64,000 nt of DNA from Octopus vulgaris (taxonomy: Eukaryota). Below the pieces are notes generated by a model. That model made no database searches. It saw only the letters and a list, made by a program, of their open reading frames with translations, and was not told the origin of the DNA. The translations under genes were made by a program, and so were the position numbers. Shown here piece by piece: positions 40,436-54,287 of the stretch. How positions within the stretch are numbered: the stretch's first letter is position 1; every line of letters starts with the position of its first letter. The stretch is taken from positions 56,854,001 to 56,918,000 of the forward strand of contig OX597824.1 of the NCBI GenBank assembly GCA_951406725.2, read 5' to 3'.

Positions 40436-41680
40436 CTAGATGACATTCTACACAGAGAAATGAAAGTCAAGGTCAGCGAGGGGTATCAAAAAAGGGTGAA
40501 GATGGTGTTGAAATCCAACCTGAATACCAAAAATTTTATTACCGCAGGGAATATCTGGGCAGTTGCAGTGGTAAGATATAGTGCGTCCATCCTCAAATGG
40601 ACTAAGGAGGAAATATCAACACTGGATAGAAGGAAGAGAAAGTTGATGACGCTGCATGGGGCGCTACACCCCAAAGCAAATGCAAACAGACTGTATATGA
40701 GAAGAAAGAATGGTGGCAGAAGACTAATTAGTATAGACCATTGTAAAAGGAGTGAAAGGAGAACGCTTGCCGAGTATTTGATACACAGTGATGAAAACCT
40801 GCTGCAATATACTGCGAAAGATGTGAGTGTAAATGCAGATGAAATGATGGGCAAGGCAGAGTTTACCAAAGAGCTGAGGAGAAGAGAAAAGAAGTCCTTG
40901 AAATGAGAATGCATGAACAGTTTGAAAGGAATACACAAAACGTTAAGGATAATACAGCATCATGGGCATGTCTTGAGCGAGGTGACTTGAAACGTACCAC
41001 CGAAAGCCTGATCATTGCTGTACAAGACCAGGCTCTCCCTATCATTTCAGTGAAGTATAACATGTATGAAATTTCTGACACCCAGGAATGCATACTCTGT
41101 CGAAAGAGAGTGGAAAATGTGACCCACTTGATAAGTGGATGTGAGAGCCTTGCACAAAAAGAATATAAGCGCCGCCATTATAAAATGTGTGTGTATCCTC
41201 ATTGCCTCTTATGCTGTAAATACCTATATGAAGTAACAGAGAACTGGTATGAGCATGTACCAAGTAAAAATTATGCAGGAGGATGGAAAAGTAACGATAC
41301 TTTGGGACTATGATTTTCAGACGGATCGTGTAATCGAACATCGTTGGCCGGATATTGTCATGTTGAATAAGAGAGACATACCACATGACATGAATGTTGT
41401 AAGTTAAGAGGTTGAAAAAATCACCAGGTACTCCGAACTGAGAGTGGAAATGACAAGATTGTATGGAATACGAGTGGGTAATGTGAAAGTGATACCAGTG
41501 GTGATCGGTGCGTTGGGTTCAAGACTTCTTAAGGCAAATGGAAATCCCATGTAAGATTGATGTCTTGCAAAAGGCAGCCTTATTGGTCACAGCGCACATC
41601 TTAAGGAAAGTATTATCTGTCTGAGGTCCTTTTGATGACCAAAGACACCGGTGCATTTTTATCTACAATGTGTTACAAAG

Positions 41681-41682
<2 letters not shown>
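40436..41682 (+). mobile_element. 5'-truncated R4/Dong-like LINE between two (TAA)n arrays
   Basis: LNTKNFITAGNIWAVAVVRYSA, LHPKANANRLYMRRKNGGR, TESLIIAVQDQAL, CILCRKRVENVTHLISGC, HRWPDIV, VIPVVIGALG. Confidence 0.88.
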
Positions 41683-41733
<51 letters not shown>

Positions 41734-41736
41734 ATA

Positions 41737-41772
<36 letters not shown>

Positions 41773-41774
<2 letters not shown>

Positions 41775-42180
41775 TCTTTACTCTTTACTCTTTTACTTGT
41801 TTCAGTCATTTGACTGCGGCCATGCTGGAGCACCGCCTTTAATCGAGCAACTCGACCAGGGGCTTATTCTTTTGTAAGCCCAGTACTTATTCTATCGGTC
41901 TCTTTTGCCGAACCGCTAAGTAACGGGGACATAAACACACCAGCATCGGTTGTCAAGCAATGCTAGGGGGACAAACACAGACGCACAAACACACACACGC
42001 ATATATATATACATATATACGACAGGCTTCTTTCAGTTTCCGTCTACCAAATCCACTCACAAGGCTTTGGTCGGCCCGAGACTATAGTAGAAGACACTTG
42101 CCCAAGGTGTCACGCAGTGGGACTGAACCCGGAACCATGTGGTTGGTAAACAAGCTACTTACCACACAGCTACTCCTGCG

Positions 42181-42182
<2 letters not shown>
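41773..42182 (-). mobile_element. Young full-length SINE (second family) in (TA)n
   Basis: Nearly identical to 38291-38693. Confidence 0.9.
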
Positions 42183-42217
<35 letters not shown>

Positions 42218-42499
42218 AATATATATAAATAGATAAAATAAATAAATAATTAAATATATATATATATAGCTAATAAACGGAAACTTCGGAGTCACTAGAC
42301 AACTTTTCCTTTTAAAAATTAATATGTTCCTGCACTTCAATTGGTCCTTCAATTTAATATCTTCAGCCGTGTTCATATATATAGCTTTATATAAACGCAC
42401 ACACACGCACACACACATACAATCACACACACATATGTGTGTATATAAATAAATAGACATGTGTATATACACATAAATATAAATATATATATATTTGTA

Positions 42500-42577
<78 letters not shown>

Positions 42578-42642
42578 CATTTATATATATATATATATGT
42601 ATATATCTATATATGCATATATATAAATACACACACACACAT

Positions 42643-42714
<72 letters not shown>

Positions 42715-42839
42715 ATATATGTATGTATGAGTGTGTATGTACGTATATAATAACTAACAATAAAATAGCCATATAAGAAATGAAATGATTTAAAAATGAA
42801 TTTAAATTTATATAAAATAATAATAATAGTTATAGTAGC

Positions 42840-42883
<44 letters not shown>

Positions 42884-43534
42884 TAAAACTTGCATACATA
42901 ATTAATGATTTCGTAAGTGATTCCAAACTGCTTTCGTGACATTTTTCGTTAAGAATTCCATCCAAACTGACGTAAAACCATTAAAGCAAAGTTAACTAAA
43001 AAACAAAAAAGTTAAATCTTGGTATACAGCAGAGCAGGAACATTACATTACTGTGTTTCTTTCGACTAATGGCTTTCCTCTCAGTGTCCCGCAGGAATAT
43101 CTCTGGTTACCGTTTCTCAATAGAGACATTTTTAACAGAAATAATTTACTATTCCTCAGGGAACACTTTCATTTTGATTTGTTTCGCTTATTTAAAATTT
43201 TTTATTTTATGAAATTTTGTTTGTCATCGTCTGCTTCTTGGCCTGGCTTCCAAGGTGGAGTCTTACTCGTTCTTTTCTCTCCGTCTGTCGCCTGTCTGTT
43301 TGTCTGTGTGTCTGTCTCTTTCTGTGTGTATGCATGTACACATACACACACTTATATAACCGGTTACGCTACATCCGTTTCAACCAAAGGGTCGTTGTGT
43401 GAATATTTATATAAATAAATACATAACTCTACAGTTGGCTTATGTAAAATATATTGAGTACAACCTTGGAAGATATTTGCTTCTGCAATGTGTACATACG
43501 CACGTATAAATGTTCATGCGAATCTGTACATACG

Positions 43535-43770
43535 TGGTGGCGCGTAGCTAAATGGTTAGGGTGTTGCGCTCATGATCATAAGATTGTGGTTTCGATTCTG
43601 GACCGAGCGATATGTTGTGTTCTTGAGCAAAACACCACGTTGCTCCAATCCACTACGCTGGCAAAAATGACTAATCCTGCGACAGATTGACTTCTAGTCC
43701 AGTGTGAAACTATATACGCCACATAATCCAGGAAACCGGTCTTATGGATCCTTATGGATCAGGAAGGGCC
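43535..43770 (+). mobile_element. tRNA-headed SINE (15300-type)
   Basis: ggcgcgtagctaaatggttagggtgttgcgctcatgatc...gtttcgattctggaccg...gttcttgagcaaaacac. Confidence 0.7.
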
Positions 43771-43928
43771 AAGTGTGCTCATGTACACCTATATATGTAT
43801 ATATATGTAATACATATGTATGTATATATGTATACACATACACACATGCTCATAATTACATACATACATATATATATATACAAAAACAATTTGTTTTAAA
43901 TCTCTGAGCGAGTGATATGTACCGAAGA

Positions 43929-44367
43929 GTAAAATTTATTTGCCAGCATAATGTGGCAGTCCTGTACAAGGGCGATGTTACTGTTTTAGCCTCAGGAAAA
44001 CATCTTTTCCAGTTGGCTAATAAACTTTACTATTTGGTACTCTTACAGCATATAATCACGCTCAGAGATTTAAAATAAGTTGTTTTATATACGGGATCAG
44101 CGGCTGTGTGTCGCTTAAAAATATATAGTATTTGCAAGTGGAGAGAGTCCCATCACTAGCCAGTGATTGTCTCACATTGAGGAGGGGTTACTACCCAGAA
44201 ACCTAGGTCTGTGAGTATCACGTAAGGCTAGAGATGGGAGCTATGATCTCCCTTGCCTATACTATACGGGTACAAACTGTGTGTCGGGAGCCAACTGGAA
44301 AAGGAGCTTAAAAAACAGTAACATCGTCCTTGTATAGGACTGCCACATTATGTTGGCAAATAAACGT

Positions 44368-44370
<3 letters not shown>
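43929..44370. mobile_element. MITE-like element with ~58-bp terminal inverted repeats
   Basis: gtaaaatttatttgccagcataatgtggcagtcctgtacaagggcgatgttactgtttt vs aaaacagtaacatcgtccttgtataggactgccacattatgttggcaaataaacgttac. Confidence 0.65.
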
Positions 44371-44435
<65 letters not shown>

Positions 44436-44686
44436 TAACAATTAAGGATAAAATCTTAATAAGGAATCTTAACAAGAAATTATCATGTAGTTAGCGTGAA
44501 AAAACTTCATAAGAGAAAAAATCCGAAATTAATTTTTTCACTTGAAAATATTTATTTATATTGTATAGAGGGCATTATTACACATAAATGCCACACGCTA
44601 AGAGGGACATAAGTCATTACTACCAAAATTTAACTAATCATACCGAATGCAGCTCTCGAAGCAAGACATTTAAAAAACTGAATTTA

Positions 44687-44750
44687 GTTCTATATCACCG
44701 TTGATTTCGCAATTAACGTATTAAATACGTCTTTTGTTCATCAGTAGAAC
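44687..44750 (-). ncRNA. Type I hammerhead ribozyme (canonical core)
   Basis: Minus: gttcta-CTGATGA-...acgtatt.aatacgt...-GAAA-tcaacggtga-TA-tagaac. Confidence 0.75.
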
Positions 44751-45192
44751 AGATTCTGAACACATCATAAATAAACATAACCAAACAGACATCTGCTTCC
44801 CTCGGCGAAGCACACGGAAATGTTTATTCATCATATATTCGTTAATTGGCGGGCTTTTTCGAACTACATGTCGGTAGGAAAAGTTTTTCTTCGGAATAAA
44901 TTTAACAATTAAGGATAAAATCTTAATAAGGAATCTTAACAAGAAATTATCAGGTAGTTAGCGTGAAAAAATCCGAAAATAATTTTTTCACTTGAAAATA
45001 TTTATTTATATTGTATAGAGGGCATTATTACACATAAATGCCACACGCTAAGAGGGACATAAGTCTCGAAGCAAGCCATTTACCGAATATATGATGAATA
45101 AACATTTCCATGTGCTTCGCCGAGGGAAGCAGATGTCTGTTTGGCTTCGCTAGGTATGTTGGTTATGTTTATTTATGATGTGTTCAGAATCT

Positions 45193-45256
45193 GTTCTACT
45201 GATGAACAAAAGACGTATTTAATATGTTAATTGCGAAATCACAGGTGATATAGAAC
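45193..45256 (+). ncRNA. Type I hammerhead ribozyme (canonical core)
   Basis: gttcta-CTGATGA-acaaaagacgtatttaatatgttaattgc-GAAA-tcac.ag.gtga-TA-tagaac. Confidence 0.8.
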
Positions 45257-45378
45257 TAAATTCAGTTTTTTAAATGTCTTGCTTCGAGAGCTGCATTCGG
45301 TATGATAAGTTAAATTTTGGTAGTAATGACTTATGTCCCTCTTAGCGTGTGGCATTTATGTGTAATAATGCCCTCTAT

Positions 45379-45434
<56 letters not shown>

Positions 45435-45486
45435 AGCAATTATGCGAATTAGCAAATTAAATATAACAGCTTGGTTTTGATATACA

Positions 45487-45517
<31 letters not shown>

Positions 45518-45563
45518 TGTATGTATGTATGTATGTATGTATGTATGTATGTATGTATGTATG

Positions 45564-45608
<45 letters not shown>

Positions 45609-45742
45609 TTATATATGCACATTTATATATACATGCAAACAGAAAAAAAAAGCAAAGACTGAAAACTTTCAGACGATGTCAAAGATGTATAAGTTCAAAT
45701 CATTTGAGCGGTGGTATTTTCTATACGGATAATCTTTGGACT

Positions 45743-45777
<35 letters not shown>

Positions 45778-46921
45778 TCTCCACTGGGTTGACGATGAGG
45801 TTTCACTTGTTCGTTCATTTACACATTGAACGAATGTGTAAATGGCTGAATATTCCAAAGTGCATGTATCCTTAGCACAATTCTCAGAAGCAGAAACTGC
45901 AGGTGACAAGGCTGTACCAAAGGTAAAATTCACCTGACGAGCCTCTTCAGATTTGGTTGATATTGTTTGCTGGCTGCGTGGCCCTGTGGATGCTCCTTCG
46001 ATTCTTTGCCTTTGGTTCACATTAGAATTTCCAAAGTAAAAAATATTCACTAGGTGTCAACAACTCTAAATCGTGCTCATGATGATGTTACTGTTGCAGT
46101 TTTCATTATCATCATTTTTTTAACAATCACAGGGAAAGGAAAGCGGCGGGGTGCTTGCAATTGAGCACATGTATGCGAGTGCGTATTTGTGCTTGTGTGT
46201 GTGTGCGTGTGTGCGTGTGTGTGTGTGTGCGTGTGTGCGTGTGTGTGTGTGTGCGTGTGTGTGTGTGTGAGAGAGAGAGAGAAAATCAATGAATGTTCTA
46301 AAAGACCTTACATCAAGCGATGACCTCTAAGTGACCATATTGGTTTTGTGTGTATCCTGTTCACGTGAGCTAAGAATCCCATGGGACTCGTTTTTACAAA
46401 GTAACCCCTAATCAAAGACCAGGAAAGATTAACTTTGTGCAGAGTAACTCTTTAATTCAATTCAAATCTTGACCGCAAAATGCTATAGCTGAAAAGATTG
46501 CTACCAATAAAACGTAAAAAGAAGTTGACATTTAGATGGTGTGAAACGTTTCATACCAGAGGAATATGTCAAAAATATGTTCATCATCTTTATCTTCTGA
46601 TCTCTTAAATATTTTCACCCCCACTCTTTTCCTTTCCTTCTCCTCCTGTTCTCCTTTTTCTCCTCTTCACCCATCAGTTTCTCTCCGCCGCAGCCACTTT
46701 CGTTATTCTGTCAATGCTGGCCAACAATGCGATTGTATATAATGGTGATTAAATAAAATGTGGACAACTGACCAACGATTACAGACCGCTAAAGCAGAGT
46801 GACCAACGGAAATATCATCCCAATATTTTCACCGTTTGCCACTCGGTCTGTCTATTGAGGGTTTGTCCGTTAATCTTTTTTCTAAACAAATATATTAATA
46901 CGAGGGATGCATATGTGTGTG

Positions 46922-46984
<63 letters not shown>

Positions 46985-48529
46985 GGCATGTATATGTACA
47001 TAGGTCTATCTCTATGTACGTTTGAGTGTATGTGCGTATGAAAGGATGCACATGAATGCATACAGATGTGTATGTATATATGTATGTATGTATGTATGTA
47101 GTACGTGTGTACATATGGTGGTGGTGTTAGCCATAGTGACGACAAGTAATAGTATTGGATATTTTGTAGTTGTAGTGGTGGTGGTGATGGTGGTAACGGT
47201 GATAGTGATAATAGTTGTGGTGCAGCAGTATTGATTGGTATAGTTGTTTTATAATGTAGTGGTTATGATGGTATACTGGTTTAGCATTGGTGATGGTAGT
47301 GGTATTGGTGGTGGCAACATTGATGGTGCTGGCAGTGGAAATGGTGGTGATTGTGATATTGGTGGAGGTAATATTGATGGCGGTAGTAATAGTAGTAGTA
47401 GCGGCTGGTGTAATGGTAGTTGTAGTTGATGGTGTTGGTGGTGATTGTGGCGCTAGAGGAATTGGTATCAAAGATTTGGTAGTGTTAATGGTGGTGCTGA
47501 AATTTGGTGGAGTAATACTTCGAAATAGAAGTCCATCTATTTTAAAAACTAAATAAAAAGCCTCAACAACTATAAAAAAGAAAAAAAAATAGAAAAGAAA
47601 AGAGAAAGAAAGCAACATGTCTTCAGTTGATGCCATTTGAATTAATATTCCCAAGAGTCTAACCAGAAACTCATATAGCAAGGACATTCGATAGCCAGGT
47701 CAAGTTTTTAGAGAAATTACTAGAAACTCGCCATACTTTAAGTGGAAAGGGATATAATGGCAGGCATATCTTGGGTCATTTTTCCAAAGTTTCACCTCCA
47801 ATTTCTACTTCCACCTGACATCAACAAGAATTTAACTTGGCAGCTGTCTTACCAATATTTGCTTCCCCACTCATCCTGTACCCCTTTCTACCTTTTTCTT
47901 GCACTCTTTCTTTCTCCTTTCTTCTTTCCCGCTATCCACTTATTTATCCGTTCACACATTCTTTCATACGCACATACACACAAACACAACCATACACGCA
48001 CGTACTCTAACTTGATGATTCAGTCCATTGCTACTCAGGGTTTCAAGCGACGAAACAACTGCATATAACGAGAAACTGAATAAGGACAGAATATATATGC
48101 AGATTTGAAGGAATAAATAAGTTCTTTAACAATATTAACTACTCTTTTTTTTATAACTATATATCATAGAGCATGAAAGTACAAACATGTTTATAGACGT
48201 GTGTTTGTATGTCCGCACACTATTATTAATGAGCCCACCAGTTCCTATGCTGCTCTGCTACTTATTTTGGCTAAGTCCTTAGTGGCATACATTATAAATA
48301 CCTATAAATTGTAATCCCTCTGTAGTCACATGGTGGATATTATTTCTCTGACGAGTGCCTAACAAATAAAGAAATTGGTTAAGATCGATTACATTTTTTC
48401 GCCCTGCGAACGTTGAAGTCATTTTGTCTAGTTTTTAAAACGAGATTATAGGTGTATGGTTATTATAAAAGTGTCTTCAATTTTATCTCTTAAAAAGCTA
48501 CATTTTACAGATCACACACACAAAACACA

Positions 48530-48569
<40 letters not shown>

Positions 48570-48673
48570 GATAAATATAAGACGGGCTTCTTTCAGTTTC
48601 CATCTATCAAATACACTCACAAGGCTATAAATATATAGACATTTGTATATCTACATATTGATATAAATACGTT

Positions 48674-48726
<53 letters not shown>

Positions 48727-48728
<2 letters not shown>

Positions 48729-48989
48729 TAAAACGGTAAGATAACAAAAGAAAGAAAGAGACCTCAATATGTAAATAGAGGAAATTTATCTATACAATAA
48801 TATGTTACATTACTCGATAGTCGAGATAAAACTCTGAGTTTCAGATGCCGAAGTGGAAATCCACAACACCATCTCTTCGGTTATCTGGTTTTCAAATAGC
48901 CAGATAACCGAAGAGATGGTGTTGTGGATTTCCACTTCGGCATCTGAAACTCAGAGTTTTATCTCGACTATCGAATAATGTAACATATT

Positions 48990-48997
<8 letters not shown>
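48727..48997. mobile_element. Near-perfect ~100-bp-arm fold-back element in (TA)n with a hammerhead in each arm
   Basis: 48791-48889 inverted at 48900-48997. Confidence 0.75.
48902..48964 (+). ncRNA. Hammerhead motif (U4C core); mirror copy on minus strand at 48824-48886
   Basis: agataa-CCGAAGA-gatg...gtgga.ttccac...catc.t-GAAA-ctcagag-TT-ttatct. Confidence 0.7.
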
Positions 48998-49035
<38 letters not shown>

Positions 49036-49053
49036 TATATATATATATATAAA

Positions 49054-49094
<41 letters not shown>

Positions 49095-49303
49095 CACACA
49101 CACACACACACACGCATATGTGTGTATATGTGTGTATGAGTGAGTGAGTATGTGTGTGTGTACGTTGATATACATAACTGTTTTTTCGATATGAAAGTCT
49201 ATTTTCTTTAACGTGATCTCCCACTTCCTAAACGGTAGTTTGTGTGATTTGAGAAAGATTCGCTCTCATGTATATATATGTGTGTGTGATTGTGTGTGTG
49301 TGC

Positions 49304-49387
<84 letters not shown>

Positions 49388-49693
49388 CAGCAGTGGGCTG
49401 AAATAGGAAATTTCTGAAAGGTTTATCGGGTGTCCCTTGCCCTACTGATTGATTGACACAAGTTGAAACTCCTTTTTATACAATCCCCAATATAAATATT
49501 TTCCCTCATAGCTCTGTAATAGGCGTAAAACATGCATGAATATGGCCGTATACTTGGCATAATTTCCATGATCAACTCCACACACACTCATACAAGACAC
49601 GATGTATACACACACACATACATATTTTTATTTGCCTTGTATACAACTTTGAGAGACATTTACATCAGCTGGGGCACTGACCGTCATCACAAA

Positions 49694-50493
49694 TGTAAGT
49701 GGTATCAAAAAGTTCTCGGACTAGTTCTGTAGTGCGCCAACAAATGGCAGCATAAGGTTGCGTGCGCAGTGAGCGCTTCATGAAGCAGTGTGAGCTGAGT
49801 GACATCGCCGTGTTCACTTCGCAAGTTGTGAAATTTGTGTTTTTGTGATCACGTGTATGCTGTAGTCTGCGATTTTTGTCATGGACGGAAAGTTTTGACA
49901 TGGACGGAAAGCCAACGTGAAATTTTGCGTTAAACTTGGGATGCCTAATTCAGAGATATTGAGCATGCTTCGACAAACTAACGGCGACGAAGCAATGTTT
50001 CGAGTGGCATGGGCTTTTCAAAAGCGGAAGAATGTCCCCGGAAGACGATGAGAAATGTGGAAAATATTCATCAGCTTGTGCATGGGGATTGTCCTCCGGC
50101 AATCAATGACATTTTGAAGTATTTGAGAGAGGACATTCGGCGAAAGCGACCCGATCTGTGGAGGGCGAAGAATTGGATTCTTTATGACGACAAAGCACCC
50201 TGTCACCGAGCTCTCTTCTCTCGGTGTTTCTCGCTAAAACCAACATGGTATCGCTTCTGCACCCGCCTTATTCACCAAATTTAGCACTTGAGGACTTCCA
50301 TCTCTTCCTCAAGATGAAAATGCAGCTCAAAGGTCACCGTTTTAACAAAACAACTTCCAGGCCGGATTCCAAAAGTACCAGGAATGCTGGGACAGGTGTA
50401 TTGCTGTGCAAGGTGACTATTTCGAAGAAGATGATGTTAAAACTTTGGTAAATAAGTTATTCTTTTTATTAAACTTCTTGATACCACTTCGTA
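49694..50493 (+). mobile_element. Internally deleted mariner element
   Basis: TIRs aagtggtatcaaaaagtt / aacttcttgataccacttcgta; LREDIRRKRPDLW..NWILYDDKAPCH and HPPYSPNLALEDFHLF. Confidence 0.85.
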
Positions 50494-50615
50494 TATCCCG
50501 GTGTTTTTGCTGTGTCTACTTTTAGAATTATCGTCCTGAACAGTATGTGACCTCGTCTGTACCACTAGCAATTTTTCCCCCTGTCTTCCCTTCTCGGGAT
50601 CTTTCCTTCTCCTAT

Positions 50616-50650
50616 GTTTCCGACGAAGAGCTCCGCTCGAAACGTCAAAC
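50616..50650 (+). ncRNA. Minimal hammerhead motif in a PLE-like terminal fragment (50495-50750) ending at (TA)n
   Basis: gttt-CCGACGA-a.gagc-tcc-gctc-GAAA-cg-TC-aaac. Confidence 0.7.
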
Positions 50651-50746
50651 CCTCCTTCTTCCCTTCTTTCCTGAGCGTCCAATAATACTTTATTTGTTCC
50701 ACGTCCTTGCGTTGTTTTTTTTGTTTTTGTTTTCTTGTTTGGATTA

Positions 50747-50839
<93 letters not shown>

Positions 50840-51367
50840 GCATGTAAATATATATATATACATATGTGTGTGTGTGTATGTGTATTAGGTTTATTGTATT
50901 TTCTCTAAAAGGGAGTTTTCTTGGTCAAGTGTAATCAGTCGTATAAGCTGTTTTGAGACGTGTAAAATACATTTACTTGTCTACCATGCACTGCCCTTCA
51001 TGCTTTGTTACGTCTAGCAAAGCAAACCTCTTCAACAATACCATTGTGTATTGTTTTGCTGTCTTTATTATTTCTCTTTTCTACTATGCCATCCACCCAT
51101 TCATGGTGGAATCTCTCGTTGATGTTTGCAGGCAGCTGCCACATGATACAAACAATGGAGAATACTATATACTCTGACTGGAAGCTCTTAATGTTCTTTT
51201 ACATCTTGTTGTTGTTTAGATCCTAATGAAGTCTGACAGAAGAGAACTAAGCTAAAGGTAATCTGGCTGTAATTATCTCTCAAATACGTCTTTTAGTTTT
51301 AATCCAGTAGAGTGTGATTTGAGAGCAAGTAGCTACTTTGTTTTGTAGAAACAGTATAAATACACTC

Positions 51368-51745
51368 CATGTTCAGTCCCGCTGCGTGGCGTCTTAGGCA
51401 GGTGTCTTTTATTATAGCCTCGGGTTGACCAAAGCCCTCAGAATGGATTTGGTAAACGGAAACTGAAAGAAGTCCGTCCTAAGTATATATATATAGTTGT
51501 GCGTGCGTGCGCTGTGTGTTTGTGTATCTGTGTGTGTGTGTGCCTATATGAGTGTGTGTTTCTTTGTGTCTATGTTTTACCCCACCATTGCTTGACAACC
51601 GGTGTTAGAGTGTTTACGTCCTCGTAATTTAGCAGCTCGGCAAAAGAGACCAAATGAAAAAGTACCTGGTTTAAAAAGAAAAGTACTCGAGTCGATTCAT
51701 TTGGCTAAAATTTCTTCTATCTAAAGACTGAAACAAATAAAAGAG
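51368..51745 (+). mobile_element. SINE (second family), 5'-truncated
   Basis: gttcagtcccgctgcgtggcgtcttaggcaggtgtc...gactgaaacaaataaaaga. Confidence 0.75.
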
Positions 51746-51786
51746 ATATGCACGCACACATATACGCGCGCGCAAGTGTATATACA

Positions 51787-51863
<77 letters not shown>

Positions 51864-52441
51864 ATATATATATATATGTATGCATATAAATATGTATTTT
51901 CCTTTCTCTATCGGTAGAAATGCAATAAACAATCACATACATATATACATACAAAAACATTCACAGTAAAACATTTTCTTATATATAAATTTTTGCAAGC
52001 TCGACTTTTAGACTCGGTTCGACACGTCTTCTGTTGCTTTGTAAAATGCAGTGAACAATAATGTAACTGGTTTCATCAGTTATAACAGATGTTGATGACT
52101 CGGTGTAGGACAACCTACTGCGTGGTGTTTAACTGAGTATATACTGATAAGAATGCGTCCACCTTTTGAAAACTTTTCAGTTTTTGAAGTAGCTCAATCA
52201 GTGAATTATACCAACATCGGATTGGACCATATCAAACACTCCACATCTTCATGCCACTGAATCCCAACCTCTAGGTTTCTCAATTGACCATCATATTCAC
52301 ATATACTTGTTACATAGCAAATCATCAAGCATTTTGTATATTGTCACACCAAACAATTTAGTGCTTCCACCATAGATATGACCATAATGTATGAATTATT
52401 TAAAAAACCTATGAAACACAAAGCAATGAATGAATGATTGA

Positions 52442-52562
<121 letters not shown>

Positions 52563-52879
52563 CCTTATAGAGCCTTGTCCATGTCACCTTATACATGAGA
52601 TTTCACATTAAGTTACATAAAACCACCACATGTCTGCAAAAATGGACGCTCACATGAGTTTGAACACCTTAAATGTCTAGCTTCTGGTTGTATTTGACTT
52701 GAGTTACATTTTTGTAATTATTCTGTACTGTTGTGTGTGTGTGCGCGCGCGCATCAATTAGACGAATAAATATGTACCTTGTGAAGTTCCTTTGTTTCTA
52801 GTTATTACACACACACACACACAATAGTGTATTTATAAATAATATGTGTGTGTGTGTATGTGTGTGTGTGCGTGCGTGG

Positions 52880-52921
<42 letters not shown>

Positions 52922-53888
52922 TTGTATGTGTGTGTACTCACACTAACGCGTACACACGTATACAAACAAGTGCTGCAGATATACATACAATCATATGTAC
53001 ATCAATAATTACCAAATATTCCTTTGGATAGAGTTATCTTAATTTCGTTAATAAATCCCTTTAACTATTACCATTCATTGTTGTATTGTTTTTGTTTTAT
53101 AAACCCTTTGATTAAATGTAAGCAAAACGAAATCCTTTTGATTTCCACAATTCAAAAAAATACCAGAGAAAAATAAAACGGAATTATTTTAATCAAATCC
53201 TTTGGAAGCTTTTTTGATATTCTTTTGCATCAAAGAAAAACTGTAAAAATATATTTGCAGCCTTTTCGTTTCGTTTCCATTTCTCTCGCTCTCTATGCAC
53301 GTGAGTGTATATATGTTTATATGTACATATATGTATATATTTACATATGTATGTATACGTATGGTTATATGTATACGCCTGTCTGTCTGTCTATATGAAA
53401 GGATCTATCTATCTACACGCACACACATACATATTTATATATACATTTAGATAGATACATAGATATTTTCGTATATATATATACATACATACATAAACAC
53501 ACACACACACACACACACATATATATGTTGTATAAAGCAATCGGATAATTCCATACATTGATCTGGAGATATTTAGGTTTGCTAAATGCTATAGAAATCA
53601 CAAATGAGACCAAACTTGAAGGAATGCCAAAAATCAAACTCTATGAAAAAAGAAAAAGAAAAAATAAACACCCAAAACTCAAAATACAATAAATAAATAA
53701 ATAAAATAAAGAAGACTTAGCTTTAAAAAAGTTATGGAAGACGGCTCACCAGATGCCAAACGAAAGTAACGAAACTAGGAATTCTTAACTACACTTCCAT
53801 GCTCATACTTGGCTCGTGAAAATATACCGCAGGCACACACTCGCACGCGTGTGCACACACACTCACGGACACATGCGTCTCTCATGAC

Positions 53889-53941
<53 letters not shown>

Positions 53942-54287
53942 CATACATACATATCTACAAATATATAAATATACATACCTTCGTATTTATTCTACATACA
54001 TACACATATACGTGCATACGCATACACATACACACATATACACGTACAGCCACCACTATATATATGTATATACATATATACGTACACCCACAATTATATA
54101 AGTGTGTGTCACAATGTGTGCATGCTCTGGTGTGGACATATGTATAGATAGATAAAAAATAGGTAAAAAAATTAGATAAGGCATGAGAAACGCATGTGTC
54201 CGCGCGCGCTCATGTGTGCATGCATGCGAGTGTGTGCCTGCGCATATTTTCATGAGCCAACACATACATACATACATACATACATAA

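Larger units (their letters stand above)
44432..45384. mobile_element. PLE-terminal-repeat-like element (tandem + inverted copies) in (TA)n
   Basis: 44432-44615 repeated at ~44898-45065; 44560-44845 inverted at 45080-45384; each arm has a hammerhead. Confidence 0.75.

Noticed and set aside
42274-42372. Minus-strand acgg-CTGAAGA...actccgaagtt-ccgt hammerhead-like remnant in (TA)n
   Set aside because: GAAA core absent and stem II not evident; too decayed to call
43535-43610. tRNA gene
   Set aside because: The tRNA-like head continues into a SINE body; no full cloverleaf
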